DNA of 37,017 bases from a virus (lineage: Duplodnaviria > Caudoviricetes): positions 1 through 37,017 of the IMG/VR virus record IMGVR_UViG_3300032327_000100; one strand, 5' to 3'. Position numbers and translations under genes: made by a program. Numbering within the stretch: position 1 is the first letter of the stretch; every line of letters starts with the position of its first letter. This document shows, piece after piece, positions 22,901-33,384 of the stretch. The notes under the pieces were generated by a model. The model saw nothing but the letters and a program-made list of their open reading frames with translations, was not told where the DNA came from and did no database searches.

Positions 22901-25900
22901 TTCTACTGTTGGTTTCTACATAGGTATGCCAGTCAAGTTTGTAGGATCTGCTATTGGTACTACACTAGTTGACGGCACTACTTATTATGTAAAATCGTTA
23001 GTACAATTGCCAAATGCGTCTAGTACAAGTTCTTCAACCCTTACTATTGGTTATAACTATGTAATTACTGTATTAGGTACCACCAATTGGAATAGTGTAG
23101 CAGATACAGTAGGAAAATCTTATGCTGTAGGGGATGTTATAATTTCAAAATTTACAGCTATTGGAACAGGTACTGCTGCAATATTAGAAGATACTGGTTT
23201 TACTATTTCTGATACTGTTGATGTTAATGGCGTTCCTGGTGCAGTTTTTGCTCAGAATACAGCTACTATTGTAACGGCTGGTCTAACTTTATATGTTGGT
23301 CAATTAGTTAATCAAGCGATACTTACTATCAATTATAGTGGATTAAGAAATGTAGTTGCTACTGCTGCTTCTACAAACAATGTAACAGTCCTACTAACAC
23401 CAACTGGGCAAAATGGTACTGTTGGCTTCTATACAGGAATGCCTTTATTCTTTGTAACTAATACCGAAGGTAATAATAAATCGTTTGGTAATATTGTAGA
23501 AAACAAAATATATTATGTATTGACAGTAATTGATTTAGAAACATTTACAATGTCTGCTACAGATGAGTTACCAGTGATGTTTGCAATTACCGCAACATCA
23601 AGTAGTAACAATTCTATTACTTGTGAAACTACACAAGGTTTAACTATAAATGAGCCTATAATATTTACCGGCACTACTTTTGGTAATATAGTTGCAGGTG
23701 CAACATATTATGTAAGAGAAAAATTTACTAACGGAACTTCATTTTCAATATCAAGTTCAGTAAATGGTGACGCAGTAATATTAACTACTGCTACTGGTTC
23801 TTGTACGCTCAACAGTCAAGACCTTGCAGTTAATTTAATAAATGGTACTGGATCATTGACATTAAATGTTAACTTACCAATAAGTCCAGGACAAATTACT
23901 GGACAACAATTTACACTATATCAAACTTCACAACAATATAGTGGATTAACGGGTACTATTTCTAATCTATTGACTAGAAGTATGTCAGCTACTCTAGCAA
24001 ATGTAAACAGAATTTGTATTTCTAATTTTAGCGGTGGATTAACTAACATATATAACGGCCTTAAGTTTAATGTAGAGGCTGACATTGGTGGATTGACTAC
24101 AACAGGTGGACCATATACTGTTACAGGAACAGGTACTACTGCATTGACTGTAACAGCTACTACAACCGGTACTAATTGGTTAACTGTACCATTATCATTA
24201 AATCCTAATCTAACTGATGTATTATATGTTGGTATGCCAATATATTTTAGTGGTACTTCAATTGGTGGAGTAGCACTAAATCTAGTTTACTATGTGTTCT
24301 CTATAGACTCTAGTCCACCAGCAAATACTGGAAGATTCACTATATCAGAAGATCAATTGTTTGGTTCAGTATATAATGTAACTACTGATAGTGGATTAAT
24401 GACACTAAGTGGAGAAGGTTATATAACTGTAGGTACTAGTTTATTAAATTCTACTCAAGCTGGAACAATTACTAATTCGTCAACTCCTTCTGCTGCTACT
24501 ATTACTGTAGCAAATGGTTCAGCGTTCCCCAATGGGACAGCAGTTGTTCTTAGTAGCACAGGGATTCTTCCTGCACCGTTTAACGTGTATACTACTTATT
24601 ATGTTGCTAACAAAGTTGGCAACAGTTTTAATTTAACTTATGCAGTGGGTGGAGTAACCATCAAAACTACTACCACTGGATCTGGTACACATTATGTATT
24701 AGAATCACAAGTGACTATGGTGCAGAATGTTGTTACCGATCCTAACTTTGACGTAAGTTATATTTTAGGTGGTTATAGAATTGTAATCACCAGTGCTGGA
24801 CAAGGTTACGCAGTTGATAATACTGTAACAATAGCAGGTTCAAGTATTGGTGGAACTACACCTGCAAATGATTTAACATTAACGGCGTTGACTATTAACT
24901 CAATTGGTGGTATCACATCAGCAGTTTGTGTAGGTACACCCGCAGGTGTAGTAGAACAATATTATCTGGAAGTAATATCATCAAATAAAGTAGCAGTATA
25001 TTCTAATCCAGAATTAACCGCACCAGTAAGTGGACAGAATTTCTCATATTCAGGAATAACATCTACTACTGCAACACAAACAGTATCATCATCTGACAGA
25101 ATTACAGTAGTAAGTTCTACTAGTTTTAATGTTAACGAGCCAGTTGTATTTACAGGAACAGTTTTTGGTGGTGTTGATTTAGGTCTCACATATTATATAT
25201 ATGATAAACCAACCTCAACTACAGTAAGAATATCTACATTGCCGGCGTTATTAAGTTCATTGGTACAATTAACAGATGCTACTGGTTCAATGATAATGGC
25301 TTCTTCAGGTGACTATGCTGTATTGCCAGAACCATTCTTCTTTAGTCCTAGTATAGTTAAATTTAACAATAGAGTATATCAGTGTGTTGTTAGTAATAAT
25401 GACAATGAATTTATTATTGGCAAATGGGAATTGTTATCACCTGATAATAGAAACTTAAACGCATTAGATAGAATTATAGGTTACTATCAACCCACTGTTA
25501 ATATGCCAGGCAAAGACCTTACTCAATTAGTTGCTGGAATAACATATCCAAATAGTACTTATTCAGGTAATCCATTCGCACCGGCAGATGAATACACATT
25601 GGATACAATTTTAACTGACAATACGTTTTATCCAACTGGACTTAATGGACAATCCATCACAGTTAAAAATTCAACGTATTTCATAGCATCAAATTCTACT
25701 GACTATTCTTCAATTAATACCAGTACAGCATCTAATTGGACTATTAATAGGTTATCAAATACTCCAATTAATATAACTTCTATAATTTACACCGGCGGTA
25801 TTAATGGGAAATTTATTCTTTCTTCAAATAATACTGCAACACCTATATTGGTTAGCGATGACGGTATCAATTGGGCAGCAACCGCATTATATAACTCAAA

Positions 25901-28900
25901 TGATCCAATATTGTTAGATTCTTCAGGTGTAACATTAAATTGTGTAACATATTCTAATATTGCTGAAGTTACTGTTGCAGTTGGAAGTAGTATTATTACT
26001 TCATTAACACAACCTAACGATAATGTACCTTATCTATGGGACAAGACATTTACATTTACCAATGGATTTACTAATGAATTCAATGGTGTTGCATATGTAA
26101 GCACTGCTGGTTTTACTGGTTTTATTGCAGTTGGATTAGGACAAACAACCTCTAGTGGAACTTCTGCTCCAACAAATACAGGAATAATATATTCTAGTAT
26201 AGATGGATTTACTTGGAATCAAGTGGCATTCTCTAACACAACTTTTTCATTAAACAGTATTGTAGGTAATAGTCAAACCATTGTAATAGTAGGTGACAAT
26301 GGTGTTATCTATACTAGTTTTAATGGTACAACTTGGTTCCCACAGACTTCCCCGGTGGTTACTAATTTGAATAATATAATTTGGAGTACATACTATCAAC
26401 AGTTTATTGTAGTTGGAGATAATGGAGTTATATTAACTGCACCGGTCAACGGTATTACATGGACACAAAGAACCTCTAATGTTACAGAAAATCTACAAAG
26501 TAGTGTTTCTGAAAATGTTTCAGGAACATTGACCGTGGTAGGATATAATAATACTATGTTGCGTAGTACAAATGGTACTACTTGGTCACTTGATAATTAT
26601 GTTAACACATCTGAGCCAATCTACAATGTTCAAGGTGATTCATTTACAGAAGGATATGGTCCTGAAGAATTAGTTGCCGGGGTAGTAACTGACAATATTA
26701 CTATGATTGTAAATACTAGACCGGGTACAAATTGGGATCAAACAGTTTATCAAAATATTGGCTATAATGTAGTCTCATTAGAATTATCACCTACTTCAGG
26801 AACACAAACTAGATATAGTTTTGTCAATGTAGTAAATGTTCCAATTCAAATAAGCGTTTTTGTAATAAATTATATCACTGGGTTGAGTACTACAAAAATA
26901 CTAGGTACTGATTATACAATTGATTGGATAAACAAGATTGTAATTTTGATTAATCCTATAACATATGTTTCAACTACTACACATGATACACTAAGAATAG
27001 ATGTATATGAAGTAGGCAACGGCGACCAGTTAGTAAAAGCAAACACTGAAACTGATCCTATTAGATATAATGAAGTTACTGGATTCAATGAAATCTATGT
27101 AAATGCAAACTATAGCGCAGGAATATATCAAGGGTCTGGATTAATCAAACCAAACACTAGTCCTGTAACAGCTTACGCACTATCAACAAATGGTGTCAAT
27201 AATACAATACAATATGATAATGTAGATGATTTTGTTCTTAACGGAGCAATAACATTTAGCGGAAATGTATTTGGAAATATAGTTGAAGATCAAACATACT
27301 ATGTAAAATCTATTGGTTACGCAACTAATAGAATTACAATATCAGATACGTATAATTCATCTACCGGAACTGCTGGAACAATATTCTTCTTGTCTACCGC
27401 ATCTGGTCTCATGGATACAATTATACAAACAGGATTGGGTGCAGCATGGACTCCGCCGGCAGTATATCATAATGGTAATTTATTAGTATTAGGTTATACT
27501 GCTACTGTATTAAGAACCAAAGCCTCAACTAATACTATAACAACAATTAGTACAAGTGGATTAATCATAAATACTCCTATAGTCTTTAGTGCTACAATAT
27601 TTGGTGGAATCGTTCATCATCAGACATATTATATTAAATCAATATATGATGTTAATGAATTCACTATTTCTGAAACTATTGGTGGACCAGTGTTTACATT
27701 GACAAATGGAACAGGTAGCGCAGAATTCATATCAAACGACTACTCGATTGGAATTGCTGATAACGGAATATCTGCTTCAATAATATTTGCAGCTAATTAT
27801 GATAATACAGTAGATTATCTAGCATACTCATTCTTAGGACAAACGCAACCTGCTCAATATGCATATACATTGCCGCAGACTCAACAATTTGTAGGTGATG
27901 GTTCTACTGCATCATTTATATTAGATTATTATGTTGGTGATGTTAATCCAACTAATGCTATTGTAGAAGTTAACGGGTTGCGTCAAACAAATAGCAAATA
28001 CACAATAAGTGCTAATAGCAACTCAATATTATTCTACAAACCGCCGGTAGCTAATTCTAGCGTATCAGTTACTTCATATAATTCAACTGACCGTCAATAC
28101 TTTAGTACACAATATGGTATTACTGGAACACCGGGCACCAATCTGTTTAGTGTGACAGTGACCAATACTACTGCTAGTGTATTAAATTACGATCAAGTAG
28201 TAACTGCTGGCAATTTTGTAATTGGTGAACCTTATGTTATTCAATCGTTAGGAACTACCAATTGGACAAGTATTGGTGCAACAAGCGTAACAGATGACGG
28301 TTTAGTAGTGGGTACTCAATATATTATTAGCAATCTTAGTACAGGTAATTGGAACAATTTGGGAGCAGGTGGAACCGTTACTGGAAGTATTGGCAATCAA
28401 ACTATCGATGGAGTATTAACTGGAGTATTAACTGTTACCGCTATGTTAACTCCTTCTATATTATCAACTGCTCTAGTAGTTGGACAGACATATACTATAC
28501 TAACATTAGGAACTACAAATTGGAATACTGTAGCAGGCACAACAGGTAAAACTTATGCGGTAGGTAGTAGATTAGTTGCTCAAGCAACCGCTACAGGAAC
28601 CGGCACGGCAGTGAAAGATGTAGTCGCAATTAACCAAGATGTAAGCGGAACAGGTGTTACCGCTGGCACAACAATAACCGGTTTCTTGACTGGCGCAGGG
28701 GGTGTGGGTACATATACATTAAGTGCTACTCAAACGGTTACAAGCAGAACAATAACATTAGCAGCTAGAAATGGAGTAATATTTACTGCAACCGCAGACG
28801 GAACTCAACCGGGCTCAGGCTCTGCATATATTGCTAATTTCACTGCTACGGGGGCAGGAAGCGGCACAGGAACTGCAATTGTTGGATATGATCAAAGTGA

Positions 28901-31307
28901 TTTTGATGAAGAAAAATATTGGCTAACAACTTCAAGTACTAGCACATTGTCAATTAATTATCCTTTGATCTTTAATACTGTAATTTCAGGTTGTGGATTA
29001 TCAGCTGGTGAAACATATTATGTCACTTCAATTATTAATTCTACTACATTTACAGTTTCTAATACAGTAGGGGGAACATCTCCGATACTAGCTACTACCT
29101 CAGGATCAATGACAGCATCTGTAAATGGATTCACAGTAGCAAAGATAACAAACATAAACAATGTTATAACTCCTACCAGTGCTATCATTGGTATTACTAG
29201 TACACAAGCTGGGTCAGCTATTGTTGTTGCTGCAGGTTCATTTACACCAACTAAACAGTATATCATTGTAGCATTAGGTACTACGAATTGGAATACTGCT
29301 GCTGGAACTACAGGAGTAACATATGCAGTAGGTAGTTTGTTTACTGCTGCTGTAGTAGGGTCCGGCACAGGTACTGCAAAATTAGCAAACGCATTGATTA
29401 GCGCATCAGACCCTTCACTTAACTTAAGTGTTGGGCAATCTATACAGTTTAAGACTTCTAATATAAATGCTGGTTCGTTCACAGTAGCCGAACAGTATTG
29501 CATAACTGATTTGGGTAATACTGATTGGCAAGCTATTGCAACTACATACAATTGGATATATGGAAATCCAGTAGTGGGTGGAATATTCACAGCGAGTGGT
29601 GTTGGATCAGGTAGTGGAGCAGCGGTCCCGACCACAGTGAACGGGATCAATACTATTGGAACAAACTATACAGTTAGCGCAATAACAACTAACCCTAGTT
29701 CAGCATATGCATTTACTATACAAGATCAATTTAGTACATCACCTACCGTGACTACAGCCGCAGTAGCTGCCACATTAATAGGTTATGTAGGTGGTTCAAG
29801 TGGAGCAATAGTAACTACTAGTATAAATCCAAACTTTGTATTAAATTCAATAGTGCGTGTTGATGATGTAGTTGGGTCAACTCAATTAAATAATAATCTA
29901 TATTATGTTAGACCAATATCAAATACACAATTTGAATTGTATACCCAACCATATAATCCAGCATTATATGCAGTTAATTATCCGGTAACTACAATTTCCT
30001 CATATGTCAGTGGTGGCTATATATGGCTAGATGGACTATTTACTATATCTAATACTTTTGCAACGTCAACTGATGATAATGGCAATAGAATAACTGTTGA
30101 TAATACTGATATTTTAATACCAAATACTCCTGTATATTTTACTGAATATGCTGCTAGCATAGGTACAAACATATTAGGTAACATTTTAGCTAAACACAAA
30201 TATTATATATATGCAGTAAGACCTGAAATTTCTGCTGGTAATTTTATTGTTGGTAATAAGTATGAGATAACTTCACTTGGCAATACCAACTGGCAAGCTA
30301 TTGCATCTTCTTATGACTGGACTACTGGTAGTCCAGTAATAGGTGGAATTTTTACTGCTAGTGGAACTGGTACTGGAACTGGTATTGCTAGTGGATTACA
30401 AGAATTTACTATTAGTGAAACAGAATTCCCGTACCAAGAAGAAGTTCAGTTAGTAGATGCAACTGGTTCTATCTTTGTAACACAGTATGAGCAAGTCAAC
30501 GTAGATAGATTATGGGTAACTATCAATGGATATAGAGTTCCATCAAGTTCATTAAGATTAAATTCTTACAATAACTTAAGTATTCTATCCGAGATAGTTA
30601 CCGGTGATGAAGTTATTATTACAAGTATGATGCCAACAGCATCTCCAAATGAAGAAACATATCTATTGAATGTTTCTCAGCAAGGCAATGGTGCAGTATA
30701 TCGTGCTAATCATCAAACTAGAACATGGTTAGTACAACCACTAGAAACGCTGCAAGATACAATTTACTTAAATGATGTTACTAGAGTAACAGATTCAATA
30801 GTTCAAACGGTCACAGCCCCTGCATTAGTTGACGGAGTATTCAATATTGGATTGACTTCTAATAAGAATGTTATCTGTCATATACAAGTATACAACAATA
30901 CTACTGGATTATTGGTAAATAGTAGCAATTTTACTGTAGTTTTAGAAGATACTGCTCCAATATTACAAATTCAACCGATCGGAGTATCAGCAGGAAATTC
31001 ACTAACTATCACTACAATCGAAGGAAGACTACTATATATCAACGGCGAACAAATTGGATTTAACGAGTGTGATTTGATAGCAAATACAGTATCTCAGCTT
31101 ACCCGAGGAGCTAATGGAACCGGAATGCAAACATATATTCCAATATACGCTGAAGCGTTTGGATTGATACCTAATAATAGAATGTCAGATGTATTATACT
31201 CTGAGACATGGAATCCAGTACCGGGAATCTACAATACAGTTGATGGAGATCCATTGCAGATTGCAGATACTCAAGGTGCAAGTTTCTTGAGAACGGATAT
31301 AAGTTAA
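10917..31307 (+). CDS. Giant 6,796-aa baseplate wedge/fibre protein (gp7 position) with FG-GAP-like and BNR/Asp-box propellers and many small beta-domain repeats
   Basis: Uninterrupted 20.4-kb ORF after gp6. The N-terminus ([10 protein letters not shown]...FLAATLDQL) and [12 protein letters not shown] resemble gp7-type wedge motifs. FG-GAP-like blades at about 17940-19830, Asp-box motifs at about 25850-26590, at least 15 G....YYV....FTIS modules and 7 LGTTNW modules. Confidence 0.75.
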   Translation: MATRIRTLDFLPEIFKTTTNAQFLAATLDQLVAEPNTERIEGYIGSKFGYGVNANDYYVTEPTKIRTDYQLDPGVVFLKENDTTAKDFISYPGIVDALTLRGGITDNNSRLFSSQIYSWDSFTDLDKIINYNQYYWIPTGPERVTVQPSAVYTEATYIVESQPADYLITSESLADVEANPTLTLIRGGTYKFIVNQNTKFWIQGAPGITGFSPTQTNLQTRDVYGVTNNGASDGTITFNVPQKNALADYIFPGDNTVGVVSTLPYSQVNGAYVNDIGGIDGITALDGLTLMFYNTGENDLGTETNFYQITLTGAANNPVISLSLGDAIPNEQKITALYGIEWINRLFYRNNTGYIQLEPYNSPILDTLYYQDDTISTRVGIIKLVENNSTSQINVITDILGKKQYTSPNGVVFTNGLKVIFQGNIFPDTYNNIEYYVEGVGTNIELLTVTNLVSPGLFASGEYTPWDTTPWDFGNYDSSLYVPVNPDYITIARNSINRNAWSRSNRWFHIDVIKATAAYNNTPALITEYTTDNNKAKRPIIEFYPNLKLFDSGSVGKSPVDFFDTRTTDAFTYVAGQASYYPDVAGWTTYDAVIAPVTGAITTRTATTTYAVTNQILLNSTSTLHINDTISFGGTVFGGIVSGTTYYITTINGNLITISSIKGGPSFVLTTSSGTMTTSIYPYSTTITVPTTGVSGLFEVNQYITDTTGVLPSITLVNNVSIIGSNTIITVTWYNQSIVNGTSVASVVTADTPLDNYAIFDGSRIVFAADTTANIRNKIYIARFSTTTFQGVPVITLFEAEDGLVLPDEQTAVYRGYNNIGKDFYFDGTNWYAGQQKITLNQPPKFDVFDHNGISFSDPLVYTSTSFTGSTLFRYGIGSGTDDIYLGFPIRYSSIDNIGDISFDVSLNLDTFNYVDGTTAITQNVNTGYVYNYTSRINYVRELGWQTAVSPSAQYQIFEFDWTILKPVHSFACDIAPMSSTKTNWPTVQVYINNNYIPNIDYTVTTTDTTTTVNIPVIDAVNTVVQILILSDQVSNTAYYQIPNNLNNNPFNEDITTANIGDIRGQYQSIFYNNPDTTGEIFGPNNYRDLGNLVPWGNRIIQNSASLVLPGVFLRNQKHDIIDSLLYNSRQYITFKNLLIDTVNNSSYSTMLTPAQMLDNAIIQMNAARSNEQPFFWSDMLPAKAPYITNTYSFANSLDTSIYSLSQIYNFATANYNSVLVYLTRNGKQTQLIKEIDYVISIDSPTLTVTTDLQPNDQITVNEYNQTYGSYAPNTPTKLGLYPATIPAVVLDTAYNPETYFIVGHDGSFTKLYGNYDPVTGKLIDFRDQVLLEYETRVYNNLKLSETVPAGSYQGVILPGFFRDTDYSYDEFLQIYSESFLNWVGQNRIDYKTQFYNKNNQFSYNYIDSGNKINRQPIEQGYFRGLYLYYYDTSTPDQTPWEMLGISNKPSWWETRYGPAPYTSDNLVLWGDLSEGLVWNNGDSYIKPNYARPELLKIIPVDSNGDLVSPLISIVGAYDQNAFKRDWVVGDVGPAEFSYRRSSTWPFDLMRILAITKPADFFNLGVDVDNYKYNVEFNQYLVNNRDHLVISNVPIYGSGTPATSYINWIVDYEKQVGVDATTNITTLLDNLDVRLVYRLAGFSDKNLLKFYVEKSSANSNNSSLLIPDESYQVLLYENQPFDRIVYSGVIVQVTDRGYKVFGNSQTNAYFKVLAPKPNPAIETITVDTLTVKVATDFYDRTVTVPYGTEFYTVQQVSQFLVSYGEYLIQKGVIFDEIENGIPINWNQMVAEFLYWAQTGWDIGSITSINPAAKILSINKESSIVQPLTLQQFNFILNQNLYPISGTDMSVIRDGTAFSVTALNEGDTISYGQFNISNIEHGIVFNNLTLFNDVIYNLITGLRQNRITVRGTKTAEWNGTVDAYGFILNQDNIQEWTREVKYTQGSIVKYKNRYWTAITIVQAKETFDEQDWLQTNYDQIQKGLLPNSQTRSYESTLYYDVNKANLENDADLLSFSLIGYRPRDYMALADLTDITQVNVYQNMIKDKGTLNAASAFKGATLAQGGIDYELYENWAIKSGEFGGILNNNFIQFKLNQTELTGNPSIVGLTNGVAIDGVQQEVPIYSVFNYGRPITDVDILPTIANTYPSELYPTAGYVNYDDVKMASYYYSGLSTAQNSVGTTIPISEFYVRDYTWLANYLSDWKVYTPASLGSVIAAQNNLNGTVTIRFKQEHNLTTYQVFAVVNFDLAIDNYYVVAAVVDPYRVIINLSLDPNITSLTGQGVGFRMQNQRVATAPEIINLPLLDNEFNKLKVWVDTNNDGSWAVYRKSLNYQYTNEITELGSETFGSAVAYTDTLGYLIADSAAGIVNRYRYYSDTNSYSSIQTLTHGDSFGSNISYIDDLFVISEPTGSPNVYIYQLINTTLSNTLNLYQTIAAPAGVTTWGTSTALSGDQNWLYISDIDNNYVYVYRKSVLTDLYEYSTRITVAGLVSGDTFGYSIATDYYGDTVVVGTPYKDYDVNTQNYGYTYVFSRTVQNTISRTSNQAFIPVVIPLAWTPTTVTQTATATDSTTDRITVSSSAGFNVNDPVVFTGTLISAGAIAANTVYYVYDKPTSTTFRIALTRNATSYIQLATGSGSMTVTVQPTPLFVSVNGTLLSDNTYAVIGSSLYVYSSQSPTINAGDLINISGSNFVLTQTLTNEETPRVGVEFGTSVDVNRYANEILIGAPYELSDKNYEGAVHRYTNAGEKYGMIVGNTSCNITTPRNILINGFNVILPIGNATSAATSINIVSIPNVYATTLNGKLVISLVDTAIGTAGNKLSLSVVNNATLSEIGITIYTQTQKIMCPHLEGRTQFGTVVKFDKSYTGSFIASAPVGARYSSTTFDFTDDELDNDTVFDNNATQWIDIFTNAGAVYMFDYLAAYNENIDNPGNFVYAQSTNSLDINYGTQPNYGTALDFNSNHVTIGTPNFVPNTGYNGQVITYISQSSTPDWAVYRSSAPIVDVNGIFNIQLFSALTNDTLENLDYIDPLQGKLLGAVAENIDVTSNNDPAGYNSPTSTQGGIVWSSDKVGQLWFNTSNTRFMNYHQNDVSYNSQWWGRVFPGSDVAVYSWISSNVPPSQYTGPGVPYNIDNYSVGGVINAEGLIAPIYYFWARNTNIIFEKLGKTLSDTVLEYYIIQPQSTGITYFAPLLPSVYALYNAFAYINANDTVLNIGYATGANDDVPHNQYSLIRANYADDFLSGTPGSGAGYQYHGAVGIEQPIGLYNRMLDSMCGVDNAGGVVPDPLLPKAVQTGILARPRQGFFYDRFGALKNYLQYANTVLAQFPITEIRNAVFLTETGESFDTTQYWNYINWWATGYNNNTKASIQVPLYADLSTLSVAAGTIVKVLANGSGNGETYIYGADGVWTRIGLDNGTIEFSSVLWDYPSAKLGFGDNFFDTTPFDSYPSTETRYIVRALNEEIYTNELLIFRNKSLILLFEYIQSETIESQNYLTWLNKTSFLDVSHTIRELVPIEVFRSDNQLFLEGYLNEIKPYHVVIKEFLFKYTRTDVFEGDITDFDLPAQWNANIGEFVSPQLVYNGGDSVYQYPPTSSIWNSNAYTEWYNNYGLSIGVFVDETQSYIGQKDFQIGVLESYLSLNTVYCYVDNIYGFPINGTITIGEEQIGYSGKDLLNSQLTGLSRGINGTTITQHIPGEYIFMDLPPVIILNTGRNYVNPPKITAYIDTTIYPEPRVPAQLQAIMSLGTVIGVEVVNPGSGYAVLPKIVIDPAYILSIDSSQVNLLDNTININTAYDLQTGDVVVYTVGSDSTTIQGLVEGQAYYVNLLEITPSPVFALYTMYQEAIQDHNRIVFGTTGTGTQNFSIGAVGYCITNSMPIRENVVTLRFDRTTYNSQVIDWAPGGLYGSFYAGDLHNSNQIAASSIKLFSQYPSIDSILASAAGATFEILDAENQQTLTWSSRTRTTVQTYGSSYSTTAYRNAIRINPNEGGAAVAGDIGSTVGFYIGMPVKFVGSAIGTTLVDGTTYYVKSLVQLPNASSTSSSTLTIGYNYVITVLGTTNWNSVADTVGKSYAVGDVIISKFTAIGTGTAAILEDTGFTISDTVDVNGVPGAVFAQNTATIVTAGLTLYVGQLVNQAILTINYSGLRNVVATAASTNNVTVLLTPTGQNGTVGFYTGMPLFFVTNTEGNNKSFGNIVENKIYYVLTVIDLETFTMSATDELPVMFAITATSSSNNSITCETTQGLTINEPIIFTGTTFGNIVAGATYYVREKFTNGTSFSISSSVNGDAVILTTATGSCTLNSQDLAVNLINGTGSLTLNVNLPISPGQITGQQFTLYQTSQQYSGLTGTISNLLTRSMSATLANVNRICISNFSGGLTNIYNGLKFNVEADIGGLTTTGGPYTVTGTGTTALTVTATTTGTNWLTVPLSLNPNLTDVLYVGMPIYFSGTSIGGVALNLVYYVFSIDSSPPANTGRFTISEDQLFGSVYNVTTDSGLMTLSGEGYITVGTSLLNSTQAGTITNSSTPSAATITVANGSAFPNGTAVVLSSTGILPAPFNVYTTYYVANKVGNSFNLTYAVGGVTIKTTTTGSGTHYVLESQVTMVQNVVTDPNFDVSYILGGYRIVITSAGQGYAVDNTVTIAGSSIGGTTPANDLTLTALTINSIGGITSAVCVGTPAGVVEQYYLEVISSNKVAVYSNPELTAPVSGQNFSYSGITSTTATQTVSSSDRITVVSSTSFNVNEPVVFTGTVFGGVDLGLTYYIYDKPTSTTVRISTLPALLSSLVQLTDATGSMIMASSGDYAVLPEPFFFSPSIVKFNNRVYQCVVSNNDNEFIIGKWELLSPDNRNLNALDRIIGYYQPTVNMPGKDLTQLVAGITYPNSTYSGNPFAPADEYTLDTILTDNTFYPTGLNGQSITVKNSTYFIASNSTDYSSINTSTASNWTINRLSNTPINITSIIYTGGINGKFILSSNNTATPILVSDDGINWAATALYNSNDPILLDSSGVTLNCVTYSNIAEVTVAVGSSIITSLTQPNDNVPYLWDKTFTFTNGFTNEFNGVAYVSTAGFTGFIAVGLGQTTSSGTSAPTNTGIIYSSIDGFTWNQVAFSNTTFSLNSIVGNSQTIVIVGDNGVIYTSFNGTTWFPQTSPVVTNLNNIIWSTYYQQFIVVGDNGVILTAPVNGITWTQRTSNVTENLQSSVSENVSGTLTVVGYNNTMLRSTNGTTWSLDNYVNTSEPIYNVQGDSFTEGYGPEELVAGVVTDNITMIVNTRPGTNWDQTVYQNIGYNVVSLELSPTSGTQTRYSFVNVVNVPIQISVFVINYITGLSTTKILGTDYTIDWINKIVILINPITYVSTTTHDTLRIDVYEVGNGDQLVKANTETDPIRYNEVTGFNEIYVNANYSAGIYQGSGLIKPNTSPVTAYALSTNGVNNTIQYDNVDDFVLNGAITFSGNVFGNIVEDQTYYVKSIGYATNRITISDTYNSSTGTAGTIFFLSTASGLMDTIIQTGLGAAWTPPAVYHNGNLLVLGYTATVLRTKASTNTITTISTSGLIINTPIVFSATIFGGIVHHQTYYIKSIYDVNEFTISETIGGPVFTLTNGTGSAEFISNDYSIGIADNGISASIIFAANYDNTVDYLAYSFLGQTQPAQYAYTLPQTQQFVGDGSTASFILDYYVGDVNPTNAIVEVNGLRQTNSKYTISANSNSILFYKPPVANSSVSVTSYNSTDRQYFSTQYGITGTPGTNLFSVTVTNTTASVLNYDQVVTAGNFVIGEPYVIQSLGTTNWTSIGATSVTDDGLVVGTQYIISNLSTGNWNNLGAGGTVTGSIGNQTIDGVLTGVLTVTAMLTPSILSTALVVGQTYTILTLGTTNWNTVAGTTGKTYAVGSRLVAQATATGTGTAVKDVVAINQDVSGTGVTAGTTITGFLTGAGGVGTYTLSATQTVTSRTITLAARNGVIFTATADGTQPGSGSAYIANFTATGAGSGTGTAIVGYDQSDFDEEKYWLTTSSTSTLSINYPLIFNTVISGCGLSAGETYYVTSIINSTTFTVSNTVGGTSPILATTSGSMTASVNGFTVAKITNINNVITPTSAIIGITSTQAGSAIVVAAGSFTPTKQYIIVALGTTNWNTAAGTTGVTYAVGSLFTAAVVGSGTGTAKLANALISASDPSLNLSVGQSIQFKTSNINAGSFTVAEQYCITDLGNTDWQAIATTYNWIYGNPVVGGIFTASGVGSGSGAAVPTTVNGINTIGTNYTVSAITTNPSSAYAFTIQDQFSTSPTVTTAAVAATLIGYVGGSSGAIVTTSINPNFVLNSIVRVDDVVGSTQLNNNLYYVRPISNTQFELYTQPYNPALYAVNYPVTTISSYVSGGYIWLDGLFTISNTFATSTDDNGNRITVDNTDILIPNTPVYFTEYAASIGTNILGNILAKHKYYIYAVRPEISAGNFIVGNKYEITSLGNTNWQAIASSYDWTTGSPVIGGIFTASGTGTGTGIASGLQEFTISETEFPYQEEVQLVDATGSIFVTQYEQVNVDRLWVTINGYRVPSSSLRLNSYNNLSILSEIVTGDEVIITSMMPTASPNEETYLLNVSQQGNGAVYRANHQTRTWLVQPLETLQDTIYLNDVTRVTDSIVQTVTAPALVDGVFNIGLTSNKNVICHIQVYNNTTGLLVNSSNFTVVLEDTAPILQIQPIGVSAGNSLTITTIEGRLLYINGEQIGFNECDLIANTVSQLTRGANGTGMQTYIPIYAEAFGLIPNNRMSDVLYSETWNPVPGIYNTVDGDPLQIADTQGASFLRTDIS
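12720..30480 (+). repeat. Dispersed ~75-aa coding module (FCCH-like: T...N.I......L..G.P..F.G..FG.I..G.TYYV......FTIS...G....LT...G.M), at least 15 copies
   Basis: YY(V/I)-type cores near 12850, 17670, 18730, 22370, 22985, 23510, 23705, 24290, 24600, 25195, 27300, 27630, 29015, 29900 and 30200, plus variants near 24110, 24960 and 29665. Confidence 0.75.
23040..30390 (+). repeat. Dispersed ~50-aa coding module (AG.F..G..Y.I..LG.TNW...A......VG..FTA...G.GTG.A), 7 copies
   Basis: Copies start near 23040, 28200, 28295, 28465, 29230, 29466 and 30231; two copies are split by insertions. Confidence 0.85.
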
Positions 31308-31308
31308 A

Positions 31309-31316
31309 GATAAATA
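31309..31316 (+). promoter_or_regulatory. Putative late promoter core (GATAAATA)
   Basis: Directly after the giant gene's stop and 4 nt before ATG 31321. Confidence 0.6.
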
Positions 31317-31320
31317 ATAT

Positions 31321-31476
31321 ATGAACGAAAAAATGGAAAAAAATAAGGAAAATTCTCCGGCAGAAAGACAGGAAAGTAAACCTAACGAACACGGTGGATT
31401 TTACTTTTCTTCCAGCATAAAGATAACGGACCCTAATACTAAAGAAGTATTAGTACAAATAAGAGGCGATAATTAA
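31321..31476 (+). CDS. Small 51-aa protein resembling the N-terminus of the downstream protein
   Basis: Not in the track. MNEKMEKNKENSPAERQESKPNEHGGFYFSSSIKITDPNTKEVLVQIRGDN fills the gap exactly, follows GATAAATA and overlaps the next gene by TAATG. Confidence 0.75.
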   Translation: MNEKMEKNKENSPAERQESKPNEHGGFYFSSSIKITDPNTKEVLVQIRGDN

Positions 31477-32096
31477 TGTCAGCAATAACACTAACATACA
31501 AAATAGAAGGATTTTTGAAAATCTATGATCCTAATAACGGGGAAATATTCGTAGATAAGAAAAATGCTATTAATTACGAGAATATGTCAATAGCTATCGC
31601 GGACACATTAAGCAGTCGTGGTTATGGGGAAATTTATGAAATGGCGTTTGGTAACGGTGGAGCAAGCGTTTCTGACACTGGAATCATCACTTATCTTCCA
31701 CCAAATGTCACAGGACAAAATGCTGCATTGTACAATCAGACATATGCCAAAATTGTAGACGATACTAGCGTTTTCAATTTGGATCCTACACGTAATAAAA
31801 TGACTGTAAATCATACAACTGGTAAAGTTTACACTGATATATTAGTCCAATGCTTACTCGATTACGGCGAACCTGCAGGGCAAGCTGCATTTGATAACAG
31901 TACTCAAACTGATAGTTCCTATGTTTTTGACGAATTGGGATTATTAGGAAACAACGGAACTGATGTTAATGGAAATATCCTTACAAGACTATTAACACAC
32001 GTAATATTTCACCCGGTACAAAAGAGTCTAAACAGACAGATTCAGATTGATTATACAGTTAGAATTCAAAGTTTGACAAACTTAGTAACAATTTAA
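31476..32096 (+). CDS. Virion structural protein, probable baseplate/tail-fibre collar (attachment) protein
   Basis: 206 aa. AFGNGG...LYNQTY...YVFDELGL...LLTHVIFHPVQKSLNRQIQIDYTVRIQ resembles fibre-attachment/collar domains; structural gene context. Confidence 0.55.
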   Translation: MSAITLTYKIEGFLKIYDPNNGEIFVDKKNAINYENMSIAIADTLSSRGYGEIYEMAFGNGGASVSDTGIITYLPPNVTGQNAALYNQTYAKIVDDTSVFNLDPTRNKMTVNHTTGKVYTDILVQCLLDYGEPAGQAAFDNSTQTDSSYVFDELGLLGNNGTDVNGNILTRLLTHVIFHPVQKSLNRQIQIDYTVRIQSLTNLVTI

Positions 32097-32104
32097 GATA
32101 AATA
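32097..32104 (+). promoter_or_regulatory. Putative late promoter core (GATAAATA)
   Basis: Immediately after the stop at 32096; GGAG RBS at 32114-32117 and ATG at 32128. Confidence 0.6.
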
Positions 32105-32127
32105 ACAGATAACGGAGCAATTTCAAT

Positions 32128-33375
32128 ATGGCATATACAATAGTAAAAAGTAATGGTCAAGTACTGACAACCATTGCTGATGGTACTATCAATACTAGCA
32201 GTACTTCACTAGCATTACCTGGCAGAAACTACGCTGGGTACGGTCAGTACGTGGATACAAACTTTGTTCACCAACTAGAAAATTATGCCAATGCTAGTCC
32301 TCCGGCTAATCCATTAGCTGGTCAATTATGGTGGAATACAAACAGTAACACAATGTATGTCTGCCCAGCAGACGGAACAACTACAGCTAGCAGCTGGTTA
32401 GCACTAACTTCGACCGCAAGCGGCGGAACAACAACATTTGGTGCAGTAACAGTCACTGGAAATGTAACATCAAACAATATTACTGCTACTAATGCGTTAG
32501 TGGCAGATACAATAACAGTACGTCTAGCTACAGTAACTGCTAATGCTACAATTGCGAATGCAAACGTAACAACCGGTAATATTGGTACACTAAACACAGC
32601 GAACATAACAACAGGTGCAGCAGGTACTGCCGGTAATATTACTGGAACATGGACTCTTAACGGAACAGGTACTGCTAACACTATAGCAGGCACTGGACTT
32701 TATGTTAACGCCGGTAACATTGTAATCAATAATAACGGTAACACCTATGGTATTAAAACTGACAAGTACATGTATGCAAACGGTGTCGCAATTAGCTTTG
32801 CAGGCACTTATAATAATGCTAATGTATTTGATTACCTAACCGGAGCAAATTCAGTTAGTCAATTTGCTGGAGTTATCGCTCCTTCTAGTGTTACCACAGC
32901 AAATATTACAACTGGTGGAAATACTATAGCAGGGCAATTAACTGGCAATTGGACATTAACAACTGGTAGTAGATTACAAGCAACATACGCTGATTTGGCA
33001 GAACGCTTTGAAGCAGATGCTTATTACGATGCGGGCACTGTAGTTGAATTAGGCGGTGAAAAAGAAATTACTAGTGTCAAATACGAACTAAGTGAAGATA
33101 TCTTTGGAGTAATATCAAATACGGCTGCTTACTTGATGAATTCAGGTGCAGGTAATGATACTACACATCCCCCTGTAGCAATGACAGGACGTGTTAAAGT
33201 TAAGGTTACAGGAACAGTTAAAAAGAATGATCGTTTAGTTAGTGCAGGTGAAGGTATCGCACGAGCAGCTAAGCCAGGCGAAGCAACAGCATTTAATGTT
33301 ATTGGGCGTTCGTTAGAAAACAAAACTGATTCAAGTATTGGAACAGTATTAGCAATTGTTACTGTATCAAGATAA
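32128..33375 (+). CDS. Tail fibre/spike-like protein with C-terminal intramolecular chaperone (Peptidase G2-like autocleavage) domain
   Basis: N-terminal anchor-type motif (GRNYAGYG...NFVHQLENYA...P.NPLAGQLWWN), an Asn/Thr/Ala-rich beta shaft, and a C-terminal YADLAERF...GTVV...GVIS...PVAMTGRVKVKVTG..KKNDRLVS...IGRSLE region. Confidence 0.7.
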   Translation: MAYTIVKSNGQVLTTIADGTINTSSTSLALPGRNYAGYGQYVDTNFVHQLENYANASPPANPLAGQLWWNTNSNTMYVCPADGTTTASSWLALTSTASGGTTTFGAVTVTGNVTSNNITATNALVADTITVRLATVTANATIANANVTTGNIGTLNTANITTGAAGTAGNITGTWTLNGTGTANTIAGTGLYVNAGNIVINNNGNTYGIKTDKYMYANGVAISFAGTYNNANVFDYLTGANSVSQFAGVIAPSSVTTANITTGGNTIAGQLTGNWTLTTGSRLQATYADLAERFEADAYYDAGTVVELGGEKEITSVKYELSEDIFGVISNTAAYLMNSGAGNDTTHPPVAMTGRVKVKVTGTVKKNDRLVSAGEGIARAAKPGEATAFNVIGRSLENKTDSSIGTVLAIVTVSR

Positions 33376-33384
33376 GGAATAAAA

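Noticed and set aside
28349-28549. 66-aa plus-strand alternative-frame ORF rich in Trp/Tyr/Asn
   Set aside because: An out-of-frame by-product of repetitive Thr/Gly codons in the giant gene; no RBS or independent support.
10917-31307. Intein or intron as the cause of the giant gene's size
   Set aside because: I saw no C/S...HN splice motifs, LAGLIDADG motifs or frame breaks; the extra length is explained by repeated structural modules.
29018-33323. Minus-strand ORFs (29018-29650, 30017-30199, 31171-31392, 31608-31814, 32322-32693, 33129-33323)
   Set aside because: Antisense shadows of well-supported plus-strand genes. The 31171-31392 ORF also conflicts with the better-supported 51-aa plus-strand ORF.
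23040-33375. Possible diversity-generating retroelement template/variable repeat pair among the fibre repeats
   Set aside because: Repeats differ at all four bases, mostly at synonymous sites, rather than specifically at adenines. There is no near-identical ~100-nt pair and no reverse transcriptase in the window.
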